Assembly: GCA_977030845.1 (NCBI GenBank)
Contig: OZ365118.1
Location: 10,230,001-10,294,000 of the forward strand
Direction of reading: 5' to 3'
Source: Fimbriosthenelais zetlandica
Lineage: Eukaryota
DNA length: 64,000 nt
Positions 1-13,915 of this stretch are shown here, piece after piece. Position 1 is the first letter of the stretch; every line of letters starts with the position of its first letter. The position numbers and the translations under genes are program-made. Under the pieces are notes generated by a model. That model saw only the letters and a list, made by a program, of their open reading frames with translations, was not told where the DNA came from and did no database searches.

Positions 1-149
1 GGGGAATTATGATCACATCCTCATCACATAGTCTAATATTGAACCCCGCCCGTGGATTACAGACCCCACACCACCCCAATTCCAGCCACAATGTATTCTG
101 TTAAGCTCAAGTTGTTGCCGCATCCCTCCTCCGAATATAACACTGGTAG

Positions 150-640
150 GATTATTAACCTACCTATACAAGCTGATGCCAAGTTGAATGATGCCAGAGT
201 GCCATCAAATTGAGGTGGTCAGCTAGATGGAAATCTTATTTAGATATATATCAAATCAATGTTATAGAACATGCACTTGTTTCATATATGAGCGTTAGAA
301 GTCCTTGAGCCGCCATGCACATTAAGTCTAAAGAAAATCATTGCGTTCCATTCGCAGAACAAATTTACGATCTCTCTTCTACACCAACTATAGTAATATC
401 CCCCATGATGGAGCATCCCATCTTAATATGCCCGCCATACATTATTATAGCGGACCCACATAAAACAAGGATGAGTGTCATTCTGTGGCTGGGCCGCAGT
501 CAAGAAAGCACCTCGTCATATTTCCCATGTTATTGAAGCAATCTATCTAAGCAGTGTATTCCGTAGGTCTTTGCTCTTATTTGTGTCCGCTGGTAATTGG
601 TAATATGTATTCAACGCGGGTTATGTAAACTGGCATTGTT
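150..640 (-). mobile_element. Fossil non-LTR (CR1/L2-like) RT fragment
   Basis: Broken frames: KTYGIH..RLLQ (cf. KLxxYGIxG), GCSIMG / APSWGIL (cf. PQGSILG), VNLF..W (cf. LFADD region). Confidence 0.3.
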
Positions 641-744
641 GTCTCTCGCACGACACCATTACGAATCCTCATGGCGCTTGATGCCGTCTTCAGAAGTTGT
701 TTGTGTATAAGGACACTCCCCTTTTATTGCCCTTTAAAGGGCTT

Positions 745-970
745 GGACAGACCAGAGCGTTTTTGCGATTGCGATCATGGCACAGGCGACTTTTAATAGA
801 TGCATCCACTTTGGTCTGCCTCTTTATAAACTGCTAGCAGACAAATTGTGTGTCTAAATCAAGCTAAAGTGACTCGATTAGAAAATATAATCTACGTTTT
901 TCTCTGAAGTTGCTTGATAAGAAAAATGCAAGCAACTGGAGACGCTGGCAGTCTGTTCCAGCCATTATGA
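745..970 (+). repeat. Ancient interspersed repeat family A, copy 1
   Basis: Shares GACTCGATTAGAAAAT, TCTCTGAAGTTG, CAGTCTGTTCCAGCCATTA with copies at 3243-3480(-), ~7410-7500(-), 16168-16420(-), 51578-51725(-), 53630-53765(-), 57950-58115(+). Confidence 0.7.
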
Positions 971-1079
971 GAAATGTCATTCTAGACTCTGTCTACTCTA
1001 GATTGTTAAAAACTCCTCTCACTGCCTGGTATATATGGATATATTTATTTATGTCTCTTGTAATCTTATCGGGCTAGAT

Positions 1080-2100
1080 TTGGTAAGGCAAATAAGGAGG
1101 CCGGATGGGACGGCAATTATCCCAGTAGACCAACCTTCCCTTGTTTGTTGAACGTTGGAAATTGCTTCAGAGAGAGGAACTGCATAGGAAATAAAAAGGA
1201 AATTGCGTTTTATTCCTAAATCGGGATGTATCTCAACGTTTATTATTTTATCTATCAGGAGGCATAAGCATACGAATATCTCCATGAATATTAAAAATGG
1301 CAGGGATTGGTACTAGTTATGCAATACCAAGAGGAGACAAATGTTAACCAATATGGGGCCAAGGATGCTTTCGCGACAAAGCGTCCTATAAGGGTTAGGC
1401 ATAAGGGTACTGAACCAATTGATAGGGACCCATATTTTACAAGATAATTATATGCCCTGGTGATTGGAAAGGGTCCTAAAATAAGCTCATTTTTTTGTAA
1501 TGGACTCCATTGTGAAATAATATATTTGGTCTCCAATCCATTGGCAGAAGATTCTACAATTGAAAGTCATTGGTTTGTCCGTCAATTGAGACTCATTGGA
1601 TTGTCCAAAGCTATTTCATTATTGATAAATCCAAAAACCGTTCCAAACAAATGTGGCCATGATATATGGAACTGGATCCTCGTTCATAAAGTTCAGTATT
1701 TGTAATATTCTGATGTTGAAGTATGCGGTATATAAGATATATGTCTATTGTAGTAGGAATCAGAAGGAGACAGTTATATTCTGCTTTCTCCATGCGCCGC
1801 GAACCGACCACTCCCAGCTCCTATCAATACGTGACAAAGGTGTGAAAGATTAAACTCCAAATTCAATGTGATTTTCCCTTGAGGTGAGAAGTACTGCTAT
1901 AGGATGGGGGGATATATGTAGCGGAAATGATATCAGATCAATCAGTAATAGACTATACATGTATATCCTGCTCAACTCAAGGTCATGCTATATACTGTGT
2001 ATTCTGATTTGCTTAATCTACAATTGTGTTGGAATAAATATAGACAATGTAGATCGTAATTTTACCCATATTTTGTAACTTTATGAAACCAATTCCCCGA
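1080..2100 (+). mobile_element. Possible fossil L1/Tx1-like LINE fragment
   Basis: Broken frames such as YIWSPIHWQKILQLKVIGLSVN*DSLDCPKLFHY resemble FIWxxxxPKI...GGLxLPxLxxYY. Weak. Confidence 0.25.
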
Positions 2101-3242
2101 CTGTTTCCATGCAGTCTTTCAAAACAAATCCATGGTAATGAATTTCTCTTCTGGAACAGTATATTTTACTCTTTGTCAATCTGGTTAAGCTGGTTAGCCT
2201 CCAGGACCGAAATGTGTGATTTCTGAAATTTCTGAAGTTTATAACTCGTTTTAGTCTGGCTAGTCATTTAAGTTAACATCCATCCAAAGCCCCTCACCAA
2301 GTCCATACACATACCCCCCAGCTATGTCTGCCCCTTATCAGGAATTCATAAACGCGTTCAAGATGACTAATTGAGTTAATAATGGAATGAGTGTTTAAGC
2401 TCAGCCTGATTGCTCAGTCAGTGTTTTAGTATGACAGTCAAGTTAAAACCCACCATGATTGACAGTCATGTTAAAACAAACCATGATTTTATTGAAGCGT
2501 ACGCGAGGAGAGAGGTCAATCGATGTCTTTCCACTTGATGTAGACATAAGACATATAGCCGGGGAGGTTCTGCCTTAATTAGGCTGCTGATTGATGTCAG
2601 AATGAAGAGCAATAGGGGCCTGAGGGGCGACTACTTATATACGTGTGACTACAGAGCTGGTGACAAACCAAATCTAACGCGGGGTGCAGTTTTTATGGAA
2701 TTTAAGAGTAGATTGCGGTGGGGCTGCTTCAGAAAAATAAGATCCCTTGGCCCATTGACTTGCTATGAACTGAAGTGTTACAAAATTCAATAAATGATAT
2801 GAATTCTGCCTAACAAGAAACAAGTTCAAGAACCCGAACAAGTGCAAAAGAATAACAACAATGCAAAAACCAAAACTAGGCAAGCAAAAATGGCATCGAG
2901 GTTAATACAGAATTTTTCTGTCTATTTAATTATCTGCGGTGAAATCGCCTATTTTCATGCTAACACCATCTTTAACGGGGGACCACAAGTCTAACGTCGC
3001 TTTGTCAGAGATTCAACCCCACCCACCCACCACCACTTCCCATATCCTGGATCCGCCACTGCCTTATCAATTGATATTATATCCTTGAACTCTTTAAAGT
3101 TTGATATATTTATAGTTTCTGTTATTAAGGAAGGAAGGAGGGGGAAGGACTGTGATTGAACAGTGTACTTACAATAAGGTCATCTATTCCTCTTATTTGC
3201 TGATTCATTCTTCCTCTGTATGAAGAATGACTGGCGTGGAAA

Positions 3243-3480
3243 TATAACCTTAATGGCTGGAACAGACTGCCAACGTCTCGGTTGCGTGCGTTATTCTTGT
3301 CATACGACTTCAGGAAAATACAAGTGCGCTGATTAAATTTTTCTATTGAGTCGCAAAGGCTATGTGTTCACTTGAGGGTGCCTTCTCTCGGACACCAAGA
3401 CACTAAGGCGGGTGTGTCCATGAAAAACCACCTGTGCCATGAGCGTGGCCGCACGAATGCTCTGGTCTGTTCGAGTCATA
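3243..3480 (-). repeat. Repeat family A, copy 2 (inverted relative to copy 1)
   Basis: TAATGGCTGGAACAGACTGC...TTTTCTATTGAGTCGCA...CCTGTGCCATGA...GCTCTGGTCTGT is the reverse complement of blocks in 745-970. Confidence 0.7.
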
Positions 3481-3699
3481 ATAATATTGAACCAAGAACT
3501 GGTCCGATTGAATCAGGCAAAAATCTAACCTCCTTCCTCTCCATCTATTCTCATGGATGGAGCCATTATAGGGGGTTAGGGTGCTCGGCGTCATCTTACT
3601 TGACCTGATTCTGATCAGTTGATGGAGGGATGACATGAGCTAACTGATTACATTCACTGTTTCTGCGTTTGTGGGTTTTAACAAGGGTTAGTTTAGGTG

Positions 3700-3940
3700 C
3701 GAGGGGTTAGCTGGTAGGGTGTGGTCGTTGGGTGCATGCATGTATGTGGATGGCTTTGGGTGGGGGTGTTCGGTGGGTGGGTGGGTGGGGGTGAGTGTGG
3801 GGTTTGTTTTGTTGGTATGTGGGTACTGTGTGGGTTTGTTGGTTCCTATGACGGAAGTGGGTGCATGTGGGTAGGTTTGGGGGAATGATGATTATTTGTG
3901 GGTTTGAATACTTGGTTGGGTGGGTGGGTTTGGTACAGTG
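3700..3940. repeat. GT-rich low-complexity tract
   Basis: GGTG/GTGG/GTTT runs; source of spurious ORF 3707..3979. Confidence 0.8.
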
Positions 3941-4599
3941 TAGTTTATAATGTCTAATCATTGACATATTCCTTGTCAAGGTGACAGGAACCTCTTAGTC
4001 TTAGAGCAGCTCACCATCGGCCTCAACTGCTCACTGCTCGCCCCACCTGTTGTAGCTCGACCACCTCAACCTGCTCTCAGTGTCTTACTTTGCCAGTAGG
4101 GGGAGGGAGAGTGCAGGAGCAGGCTGTATCGGCATCCAGATATGATTCCATCTTCTGATAAGCGCTAGCGCCTCTCCCCCTCTTATATTAGCCGCTTAAA
4201 ATATGATTGCTGAAGATAAAGAAGAGTTTATGTGACTATTGAAAGGCCAGACACATCCAAAGCCCGCTCAAGAGAAAAATCAATAGTCAGGATCTATTCT
4301 AGAAAAGTTACAAGTCTAGCTTGTCAAAATGTTACATGTGAAATAAGGCCCGACACTTAGCCGTTATCCTAGGGTCTTTTCCTTATCTATCTGTATTGAA
4401 AAGTGCCACTTTTCCTCCATTGAGCCTTGAGCTAGGCTTAGGCTAGCAGAGGTTTTACGCCTATCAGTGTTTTTTTGTATCAGTGATGTAAACTTTTAAG
4501 GCCGAAGAACAGTATCTGCTATTCATCTTTGAGGTTTCTAAAATGATTATTTCATTTCATTGCGAATAATTTTGATGACGACTCACAATATCATGGGAA

Positions 4600-4700
4600 A
4601 TTGGGGTTCAATTCCCCAAGCATTCTCCAAATTTGTCATCGCCCTTCTCCACCATCTAATGCGAGCCATGCCTCCCACTGTCTATGGTGCATGAGAGGCA
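4600..4700 (+). mobile_element. Truncated copy of the SINE at 9288
   Basis: GGTTCAATTCCCCA, AAATTTGTCAT and CACTGTCTATGGTG in the same order. Confidence 0.55.
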
Positions 4701-5039
4701 TGTAAATAAACCAATTCTGCCATTGTCTGCCGACAGCATGTTTCCTCTCCATGGGCAAACGTACTCAATGTCCGACATAGTCCTTGTTGGGTATAGCATA
4801 TACGTATATATTATTGTAGGCTGGCTATTCAGTTATGGATGGATGGATGGATGAATATGAATATACCACCATGCCAGCTGCTATGGCTATCTCTATGTAA
4901 GTCAGTTATGCTTGGATTACCTTTGCTGGCAGTCCATCCACACCACCAAATAACCCACAGATAAATTCATCTCCAGGGAAAGTTAGCCTAGAGTTGATAG
5001 GTATATATCCTAGGGTTACAACAATTACCCCATCTCTCA

Positions 5040-6550
5040 GGCTAACATAGCTTCATCTGGCGTTCCCCCCTGTATACAGTATTTTACCATATACGACATA
5101 GAGAGATAAGAGCCCCAGAACATGCTCACAAACTGTGTCCACAAAAATCTTTGTTTTTACCTTCGGTCCTGGAATAAGAATGATAAGGGATGGGGGATTG
5201 CGATATTGGAACCTATTATCGCTACCATGTAATGTTTGGACGCGAAGATTATTTAATAAACACTGGTATGTGTACAGTAGCCCAACGTTTAGACACTATT
5301 CTAATGAAACGTATGGAGATATGTCTGTAATATATATTGCCAACATTTCCCATTCCACAGTTTCCATGGGGCATTCGTAAGAGTCCAAGGACGGTTATAG
5401 CTCTGTTAGAAAAGTTTTCAATTTTGAACCCTTGTCAACCCAAATTTACCCTAAATTGGATTGATAAAATACATGCACACATATACATAGATCGTATATA
5501 TTATGAAGATTCACCCATGCCATTATTCCTTACATCCATGGCTCTATCAAGCCCCATGTAGCTCCCGTAAGATCAAAGTATCTGAGAAGGCCTCCATTCA
5601 AGTGCTCGGCCAAATTTTAGTCAGTACGCGCTCCTCTGGGATCTCTCTCTGTTATCATCTTTGATGTGTTTTATATACAGTAGTAGTTCTGTTTTACAAT
5701 CGTGAATTCAATTTATATTACGGTTCTCTATATAAGGCATACATTCATATATATTGCCTACACATATCGCCTCTCAGACTTGATTGCCCTTGAAGTGTAT
5801 TTGTCATTCCATGATCACTTTATCAAAGACATTGAAATATTAGTAATAAATGGTCGGATCTTTAATGTCAGTCACGTATATACGGTTGTCAGACATAGAT
5901 ACCTTCTTTGAATGGTTGATGGATTTTTATATACTTCTCACTCCCAGTGTCTGCCGATCCTTCAGCCACTGATAAGTACAGTGATGGATGAAAGTTGTGG
6001 AGCTTTTATTGAAGGAAGAATGACACTTTGATAAGATGTTCATGCATCTTGACACCTTCCGTAGCGAAAATTCATTCGCAAAACATACATTAACCATGCA
6101 ATGCTGCCTTTCCCCTGAAAGAAAGACTTTCCACTGTGGATTCCAGAATTTCAAAATGGAACGTCCTTGGAACTAATGTTTGGGGAAGAAAGTCTGTTGA
6201 GAGAAACTTTCAAAGATCATCAGTCAGCATTTTCATGAACCAACTGACTTTTAACTTAAAAAAGTTTACAACTAAATGCACCTCTGTGTCAAAGTATGCC
6301 TGGCTGTTTTCCGAAGCAATTAGAAGACAATTGCATTTCCCTCAAACCTAATGAATAACTGTGAAAGAAAGCCAGTTTGGAGTCGGTGTTGATTTTGAAA
6401 TTGACTTTACTTTTCTAGCTGTTTTCACTCCCATAAGCGTCCTCTTTTTGAGAATTCCAGTGAACCTTAGTTTTGTTTGTATGAGAGTCGATATTAATAG
6501 GATTTTTTGAGGAAGTGACAAATATAATGAGCAAAAGGAAGTGGTTAGAC
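5040..6550 (-). mobile_element. Degenerate Penelope-like retroelement (RT plus GIY-YIG region)
   Basis: Broken frames give colinear motif-like words: FRY...FFLQ*KLHNFHPSL (cf. RYxDD...LNxxHPxIKF), YV*QP (cf. VYxKPT), FQYRNPPSL (cf. AYRRPxNL), VVY...YV. Many stops and frameshifts. Confidence 0.5.
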
Positions 6551-6734
6551 TGGCATCTGTGAGACCTTGTTTCGGCCTTCTGGCAGCTGGTCTCCCCCGT
6601 CTATTAACGCAGTAATTCAATCCTCTCCCTACACTCACGTTGATGAGATCTCGCCAGATCACGTCCAAATCTCGTCCGGCATTGTCTTGGCCGGCTTCAC
6701 CAGTCATATCAGCCAGCCAGAAAGGTTGGGGGTT

Positions 6735-6960
6735 CAAAACTACGATTTTGCTTGCGGCACGTGATTCTTATATATGTCGCAATGAAAAATGTACCAGTAG
6801 TGGAAAGCAATAAATCATTGGACACTCCGGTCACAATAATATTGCAGTTGTGCGACACTGCTGCAGTTTGCTGCAATTTCGCTTGCGACACTACTGTGAT
6901 GCTTGTGTCACAATGGTATATACATGTATTTTATTGTGACACAAGCGTCACCTTTGGCGC
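6735..6960 (+). repeat. Interspersed repeat family B (fragments also at ~59520-59595 + and ~62990-63150 -)
   Basis: Shared CGATTTTGCTTGCG, GCTTGCGACACTA and AAATGTACCAGT words. Confidence 0.55.
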
Positions 6961-9287
6961 AGTTGTGATCCAAGCTTAATAAAATTGAAGTCTTGTATTT
7001 ACTTGTGGCATTGAACGAGAGTCGAACCGAGGGAATTATAGTGAGACACTTTGACTATTGTTTCAAGTATTCATAATTCCTGTGGCCTCAAACTTTTGAT
7101 GAAGTGGATCTTTCTCCTGTTTTTCCTCAGTTTGTGTCATTAATGACCACCTGAGCCTATATATCCAGCAATGGTAGCTAGGTTTAAGAGTATATGGCGT
7201 GAGTGAGCCTATAGTCATCATCAGATGTACATGAAGGGGGTGATGAGGCTAACCTTGGATCTATGAACAACACTTAGCAGATCTCTCTAACCAAACTAAT
7301 TACAACCAAGTCATGCTATAATAGGGCTCAGCTGCTGCTGAGAATGCAGTATTTGGTTATCCTTGAGGCCATAGCCCAATTAGGCCATACTGGGTGCAAT
7401 TATAAGGCCGTTTTATGGCAGGAACACACTACGGTCGCTTCGGAAAACGCCAACAATCAAGCATTAGATTTTCAAATCGAGTTGCAGAGGCAACTTGCCT
7501 AACGCAACCAACGTACCGACATGACTCTTCGGTCGCACCTTGACTATTTTTAGGAGGCACCAGTTGTCATACAACTCGGTAACTTTAATTATTAAACGGC
7601 CCCCTGATGCCACTGCTGGTACACCATGTATGATGTATCTTAACATGAAGAACAGGTGCTGCAGAAGGAAATGACAATCTGATGTAAGTTCTCTTTAAAA
7701 AATGCAATTACCTTTCAGTGTTGGTAAATTGGGCCATCAGTTAACATGAGGAGTCTGTGGGTGAGGCATGATGAGTGGCTCAGTTCATATAGGAGAGGTG
7801 CTTGCTAAGAACATATAATAATTAATTATGTTCTATTAAGTACAGATAGAAGAGTCAATTGTGACACTTAATCAACTATCATTAACCCGACAGCAGCTGT
7901 GAACTCTCCCTGACCATACAAACTAATGGGTCACCCGTTTTCAAGATGGCTTCAACTTTTCAAGATGGCTTCCTATTTGTAAGCTTTACCCTTTTCGAGA
8001 TGGCATACCAATTTCTAATTTGCTCCCCCATTTGCAAGATGGTTTCTCCCTTCACAAGATGGCTACCTTTTTGCTATGATTGTTAATTATATTTGTGGAA
8101 AAGCATTGCCATAGTGGATATGGACCACAGTACCCAAATTTCGTTCATATTCCGATGATGGAAGAGGCAGCTTCTCATGAATGTTTATTAACATTAAATT
8201 TATTAACACTGATTGAGGCCATAATTACAACTTTTACCTCTGGCATCTTTGTACTGCATGGTACTAGTCTTGAAGACAACAAATATACATGTAGCATGAA
8301 AAACAAGTCCAACAATTCATCTCTTGGCGATATTTGTGAATGAGCGAGTGGTAGTGGTGGTGCTGGTATGGTTAGGAAAGCACCTGTATGAGAGTGGATT
8401 GGGGTTGTGAGGTATCACTTCCCTTATTAAGAGATGGATGATGTAATGTCATTGATGGTCCAATGATCAGTGATAGAGGTCAACCAGAGTCATCCTTCTC
8501 ATCCACTCCAGCCTCCTCATCACCTCATTTTCTCCTGGCAAAACAACATGATGAATAGCCAAGCTAACTCATCCCAAAATCACTTCCTTATCATTAATAA
8601 AAAGCCGTATGGGAAGTGGGAAATTACATAATGTGTCATTCCCTATGCACTGGTCAGTCTGGCTTCTTTCATTTGTTTGTGATGGCGTTGCTTCACTAGA
8701 TGTTCTGTCGCAACAATCGCATCTGTCGCAAGTGTAACTGAACTAATAAGGACTTGCTCTTTGTAAGGTGTGCCCTTATTGTGCTCTATCAGTCTATGTG
8801 GGAGTGATGTGGCAGATATGACAGTTGAAGCATTTGGAAAGTTCGCCACAATAACGAGTAACATAATCGCAACAATCGCAATGCAAAAAACCCCCATTAA
8901 CCCCCATGGCTTCTTTCATCTCTTTCTTTGTGAGGAGGGAAGGTTTTCCACATGATTTAGCATTTGATCTACAGGCAATAAAAGTAGTCTTTAAGCTGAG
9001 CAAGGGACTGATCAATAACGATCAATCAGCTCGCCACAAATTGGCCAATCTTCCTTTGTTTTATTAGACTTGGATTTCACACTGGGGCGATGGATGGTTG
9101 AGTGGTCGGTGGCGCCAGCCCAACTTAACATGAGATGTTTTATACATACTCCAATGACTGAGTGTAAGAAGTTTGTCTCTTGTCTCATTGTAGCTAAGGT
9201 TCACTCCATGGCTTTCCACAGGCCATTTCCGGTCAGATTCTAGAGTCTGGCTTGGAGATAAGCGAATTGATACTTCTGAAGGGGCTG

Positions 9288-9470
9288 GGGGTCGTGGTTT
9301 GTGTGGTTAGGCCTAGTGCTTTACCTAAAGGTCCCCGGTTCAATTCCCCAAACATACTCAAAATTTGCCATTGTATTTTTCCTGCTGCTAAGTTCTTTCT
9401 ATTTTGTGCTGCTATACTCGGATATCAAAGGTCAGCCATATCTCTCACTGTCTATGGTGATAAGCATTTA
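9288..9470 (+). mobile_element. tRNA-derived SINE (head plus body)
   Basis: GGGGTCGTGG start, A-box-like TGGTTTGTGTGG, B-box GGTTCAATTCC at 9337-9347. Body words (CATxCTCxAAATTTGxCAT; CACTGTCTATGGTG) recur at 4600-4690. Confidence 0.6.
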
Positions 9471-12400
9471 TTTATTTTATATCACAATTTGGCATGTTAC
9501 AAACTCGCATCACGCGGTTCAGCATTTCAAGTCGGGGAAATTGATAATTCATGCCTGAAATTAATATTAATCTTTAAGCCTAATACCCTTGTCCTGATTC
9601 CCCAGATCAATAACTTTTAACTTTCAATTTTTTAAGCTTGAACTTCTTCCTCATTGCTTGCCCAACCTTCGTATAGGAAGCCTGATTAATTCGCTAGTCG
9701 TCACAATACATTTACACGGGCTCCTTGCCAAATCATTGTGTACTTTATCAATGATAAATCATTGTTCAAATTTAGCCACCCCTCGTCTCACTACAGTTTT
9801 GATTGATTAGTAGATAACGGTTGGCATATCTCCCTCACTAGTCGTGTCTGTAGCTCTCCTTCTATTTACCCCGGGAGGAGATCTTTCCTGGATCACTTAT
9901 CTCAACACGCGATAAAAAGTAATTAATTGACGATCAGTGTACTTGTTAAAGGTTCAGAACCTTGATCTGGTATTAAAGTTTGAATGATGGGTCAAGGCCA
10001 TTAAGGAGGGTAGGGTGGGCTTTTCATAAAATTAATCTAGAACTGCAGACAAATCTGACTTACACTCTTAGCTTTAATTTGAATGAGAATTATTTTCATA
10101 AAAAGCTGTTATGTCCTGAATTATTTTCCCAAAGAACTGTTATGAATTTGTTGAATATTTTTAACAGCACTTATCGTGGCCCCCAAAGCTTTACATATCA
10201 GAACAATTTTTGTTATCGCCCGTTTCCAAACTCCCATACAAAATGCCTTCATGCAGTAAGTTAAGCTCCATTTTAATTGTCCCAAAGCCACGCTGCATAC
10301 CCCACGTTTAAAGCCGAAATCCTGCTCACATGACAGGACTGTTGGGTCTGGCAGAAGCCGGGATTCTTGTCCCGCAGTAACCACTGCCCGGCGGGGCACT
10401 CGACTCTCAAGACACAGACACGTCCACGCGGCGCCTGTAACTTCTCTCCATCTCTACTACTACTACCCCTACTCCCACCAACCGCCCCAGCAATTCCAAA
10501 CCACTCACAGGCTGGGATACTGACACCGTTCGAATTTACGCTATTTTAATGGCTGTAAGCGACCTTTGAGAGGCCCCCTATAACGTGACGGAATGTTATG
10601 GCTATGTCTGTTAGAAAAAGTTTGACCACTTGAAATTTCTCCCATTTTGTTCCCGGAACTTGCCCTTGAAATATAGTGTTTTATACAAGCTGAACTGAAA
10701 ACGTTTAGTATTACTTTAAAGTTAAGTAAGTACTGGAGCACTCCTATGCATAAACAAAATAATATAAAAGCCACTTTCTTTATATTATATTCTTCGAAGC
10801 CTTCCATCTGGTAACAAAGGTTGATAATAGGCTGCACACAGGCCAACAATATAATCCTTAACCGCTCGCCTTGTCTGCTTAGCACAAAAGCTGGATCTAA
10901 TTGACCGGTGTCGGCGTCTCGTTCAATATGACTTGTGGTCCGCACGCCTCCTTCGATCCTCGAAGTCTGCTCGAAGCCCTTCGACTTAAGTGGGCTTGTG
11001 AGGTGGCTGGGCTGAGCGGAGACTTGGACCACATGATGGTCAGGTAGAATAGAGGTATAGATTTAGTTCTCCCATTAGCTGCTCTCTCTCATTCATCCCA
11101 CCGGTCGGTATCATTATTTAGAAAGCCCATTCTATATATATATGCCAGTTAGCTGGAATTGCATGGAGCTCTGAGACAGGATCTAGGGAATGATTGGTGG
11201 TGGAACAGTGCCAAGGCCTGTTTCAGAAGAAAGATGCGATGTATGTGATGACATATTGCTAGAATTATTTTGTATTTTTGTCTATTTTGTCTGAAATAGA
11301 TGTAGAAGGAAAATAATAGATTTATTATATTTAATTTACTTTTCAAATATCTCTTGATTAGGGTTGTACATAGTAACGCCACCTGCGTACATACAAAAGA
11401 AATCATGTCATTATTTATTTCCGTTTATTAGATAAAATGTACGTACATCTGTACTATGTATTTACTTATAAAATACTTCACGTCAACTTAACGACACCTC
11501 GAGTTATACGCCAAGAACAGTTACAGCTGTTTAACGGGACATTTTCCAAACCTCATCTTTTTTTATAGGAGCTATTCCAAGTTGACCTACAACCCTTATT
11601 TGGGAATATAATGCACTCTAGATTTTTTCTGTCAAAAAACTCTTTCTGTAAGTGGGTAATAAATATGTCCATTCCATCATGCTAGATCATTTTTAATGTT
11701 TTTTTTTCAAATTGGAATAGATGCATCTGATATATTTTCAGCCTTAAATCCATCCATCAGCGTATATTTGCTGGTGTTTTCTTGAAAATCTCAGCAATAT
11801 TTCCGATATAAGTATGCAGTGTTATTATGATATATACAGATCGATATGTAGCGGGTTGAAACCTCATAGGGTTCAGTCATGTACAAAGTTTGAAACCATA
11901 AAGCCAATGTTGCAAATAAACCATGCTCGAATCGACTAGAATAAACCTTGTAACTTGGGCTTAGATCCACGGAGGTCTTAAGGTGCGAAAATGGGGCTTA
12001 AGGAGGGAATATTGTATGGAGACATGGGGAAATCCCGTAGGGAATCGTAAGGGAAATCGATACAATGGGAGATTCCATTGAGAGATTTTTCTGATATCCT
12101 ACTACCTTTAATTTCTATTTTTGAGATCTTTTTAGAAAGTATTAGTGATGCACTTTTAAAATTATCAATTATACACTTTTGAAATTCGCTTATACAAGAC
12201 TTCAGTGGATCCAGCCCATAATGTGTCAGGCTCAAAAATATTCAAAATACACTGCAGTATGGACAACGTCAAGATTAGTGAAGGAGAGATAGATGGAGGG
12301 GGCATGTATACAGTATAGAGATTATGGGGGAATGATTGGGGGTCTAGTTGTACAACAGTAGTCCGAGCATTTTGACCAGGTAACTGGGGGTTCTCACTGA

Positions 12401-12619
12401 TTACTCCACAATAATTATGTACATCAAATATATCATAATAATTAGATGAAAACAGTATACAACAGAAGGTATACAAACACACCCTGTATCAGCACTCACA
12501 CCAAACACAATGGAAATATGCCTTAATTATAATATAATTATTATTTACATCTTTATGAATGATAAATGATATATATTAATGTATACATACACGAATTCTA
12601 GCAAACACTTTTTTTTTTA

Positions 12620-13130
12620 CGAATCATAATGGAACTGAAGGCTTTGGATAAGACGCATAATGAATGCACAGCAATGGAGACATATACCAAAGCCGTAATA
12701 TACGATTTAGTATGGGGTGCCTCAAGTATTATGTATATGACTCCGCATTAAATTCAACACACTATTATTATAAATCATGGAAACATTAACGAATGCTTAA
12801 AAACCATTTTCCCTCATGAATACAGTAGATTCCACAAGAGAAACTTGTGCCCACTTACGACATAAAATTCTTTTTTAGTGCTAAATCTCCATTCCTGGTA
12901 TTCCCAGTTCAAGCACCTTAAGAGTTGTCTTACCTCTTCAAGACCTCAATGGATCTACACATGATATCATGTCATTTACACATCATAAACCATTGTGGGA
13001 TTCTGTTATCTATTCCGATACCGTATGAAAAAGCCTATGGTGATATATACATTATATTATGTTGGTTATATGTTATGAATGCAAGGTTTCATCATAATTC
13101 CAAAGGCTATTACGTCCTTTAGAGTCTATC
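12620..13130 (+). mobile_element. Possible fossil L1/Tx1-like LINE fragment
   Basis: LWIRRIMNAQQWRHIP and KPLWDSVI resemble the WIxR...W and PLWxN motifs. Interrupted by stops. Confidence 0.25.
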
Positions 13131-13915
13131 AAGCCACCAGCCCCCTACCCCTCCTTCCTCCTACCAGTTAATTAAAGAGTGACTAATGTGTCGTATAATG
13201 CTCTCAGCTTCACACCACTCACCTCTGATCACATTCATTTTGACACATCTTATTAGAGCCAGTAATCAGTAGCTACCCCACCATGGCTGTTATTAGGAGG
13301 GAAGCATGAAATTTGTAACCAAAAGTTGGCTGCTTACTCTCCTATACTAAATCACTGCTTATCAGCAAGCAGACTGCAACACACACTAGACCCTGTGTTG
13401 TATAATCATGATTGCTTCAATGAAGGTTTAGTTGACAGTTTTACGCATCTGCCCATAACAATTAAGAGGTGCGAACATGTTTCCCATAAACGGAACATTG
13501 CTTATCTCTGCCTTGTTTATGAAACGCCTATGTCTGGGCTTTTATAATATTATAAAGGAACCATGCTTTTACTTATCAAGAGCTAAAGAACACGTATTAT
13601 TTTTTATGGAATGTTTACCTGCATATCTCTACTGCTGACAAAAGTACGAGCAGATTTATTATGTAATAGGAAGTAGGAACTGTACACATCTTCTCAAGAC
13701 TTGGTTTGATTTCATAGTTTGAAAATGCTTAATATGGCAGCCTTCGTAAATACGCTTTTTTAGAAATGAAAGATATGAATATGTAGCACCTACTTAGAAA
13801 TTTCATAACCTTATATGACATTGTCTACTTTTGATTCGGGAGAAATTCACCGGCCATTTCATGATATATGGTATCCCGATACACCAATGTTCTTTTCTTA
13901 GGTTGATTATGTATA

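Noticed and set aside
10000-10312. TTAA-flanked Kolobok/piggyBac-like MITE
   Set aside because: Putative TIRs match too poorly.
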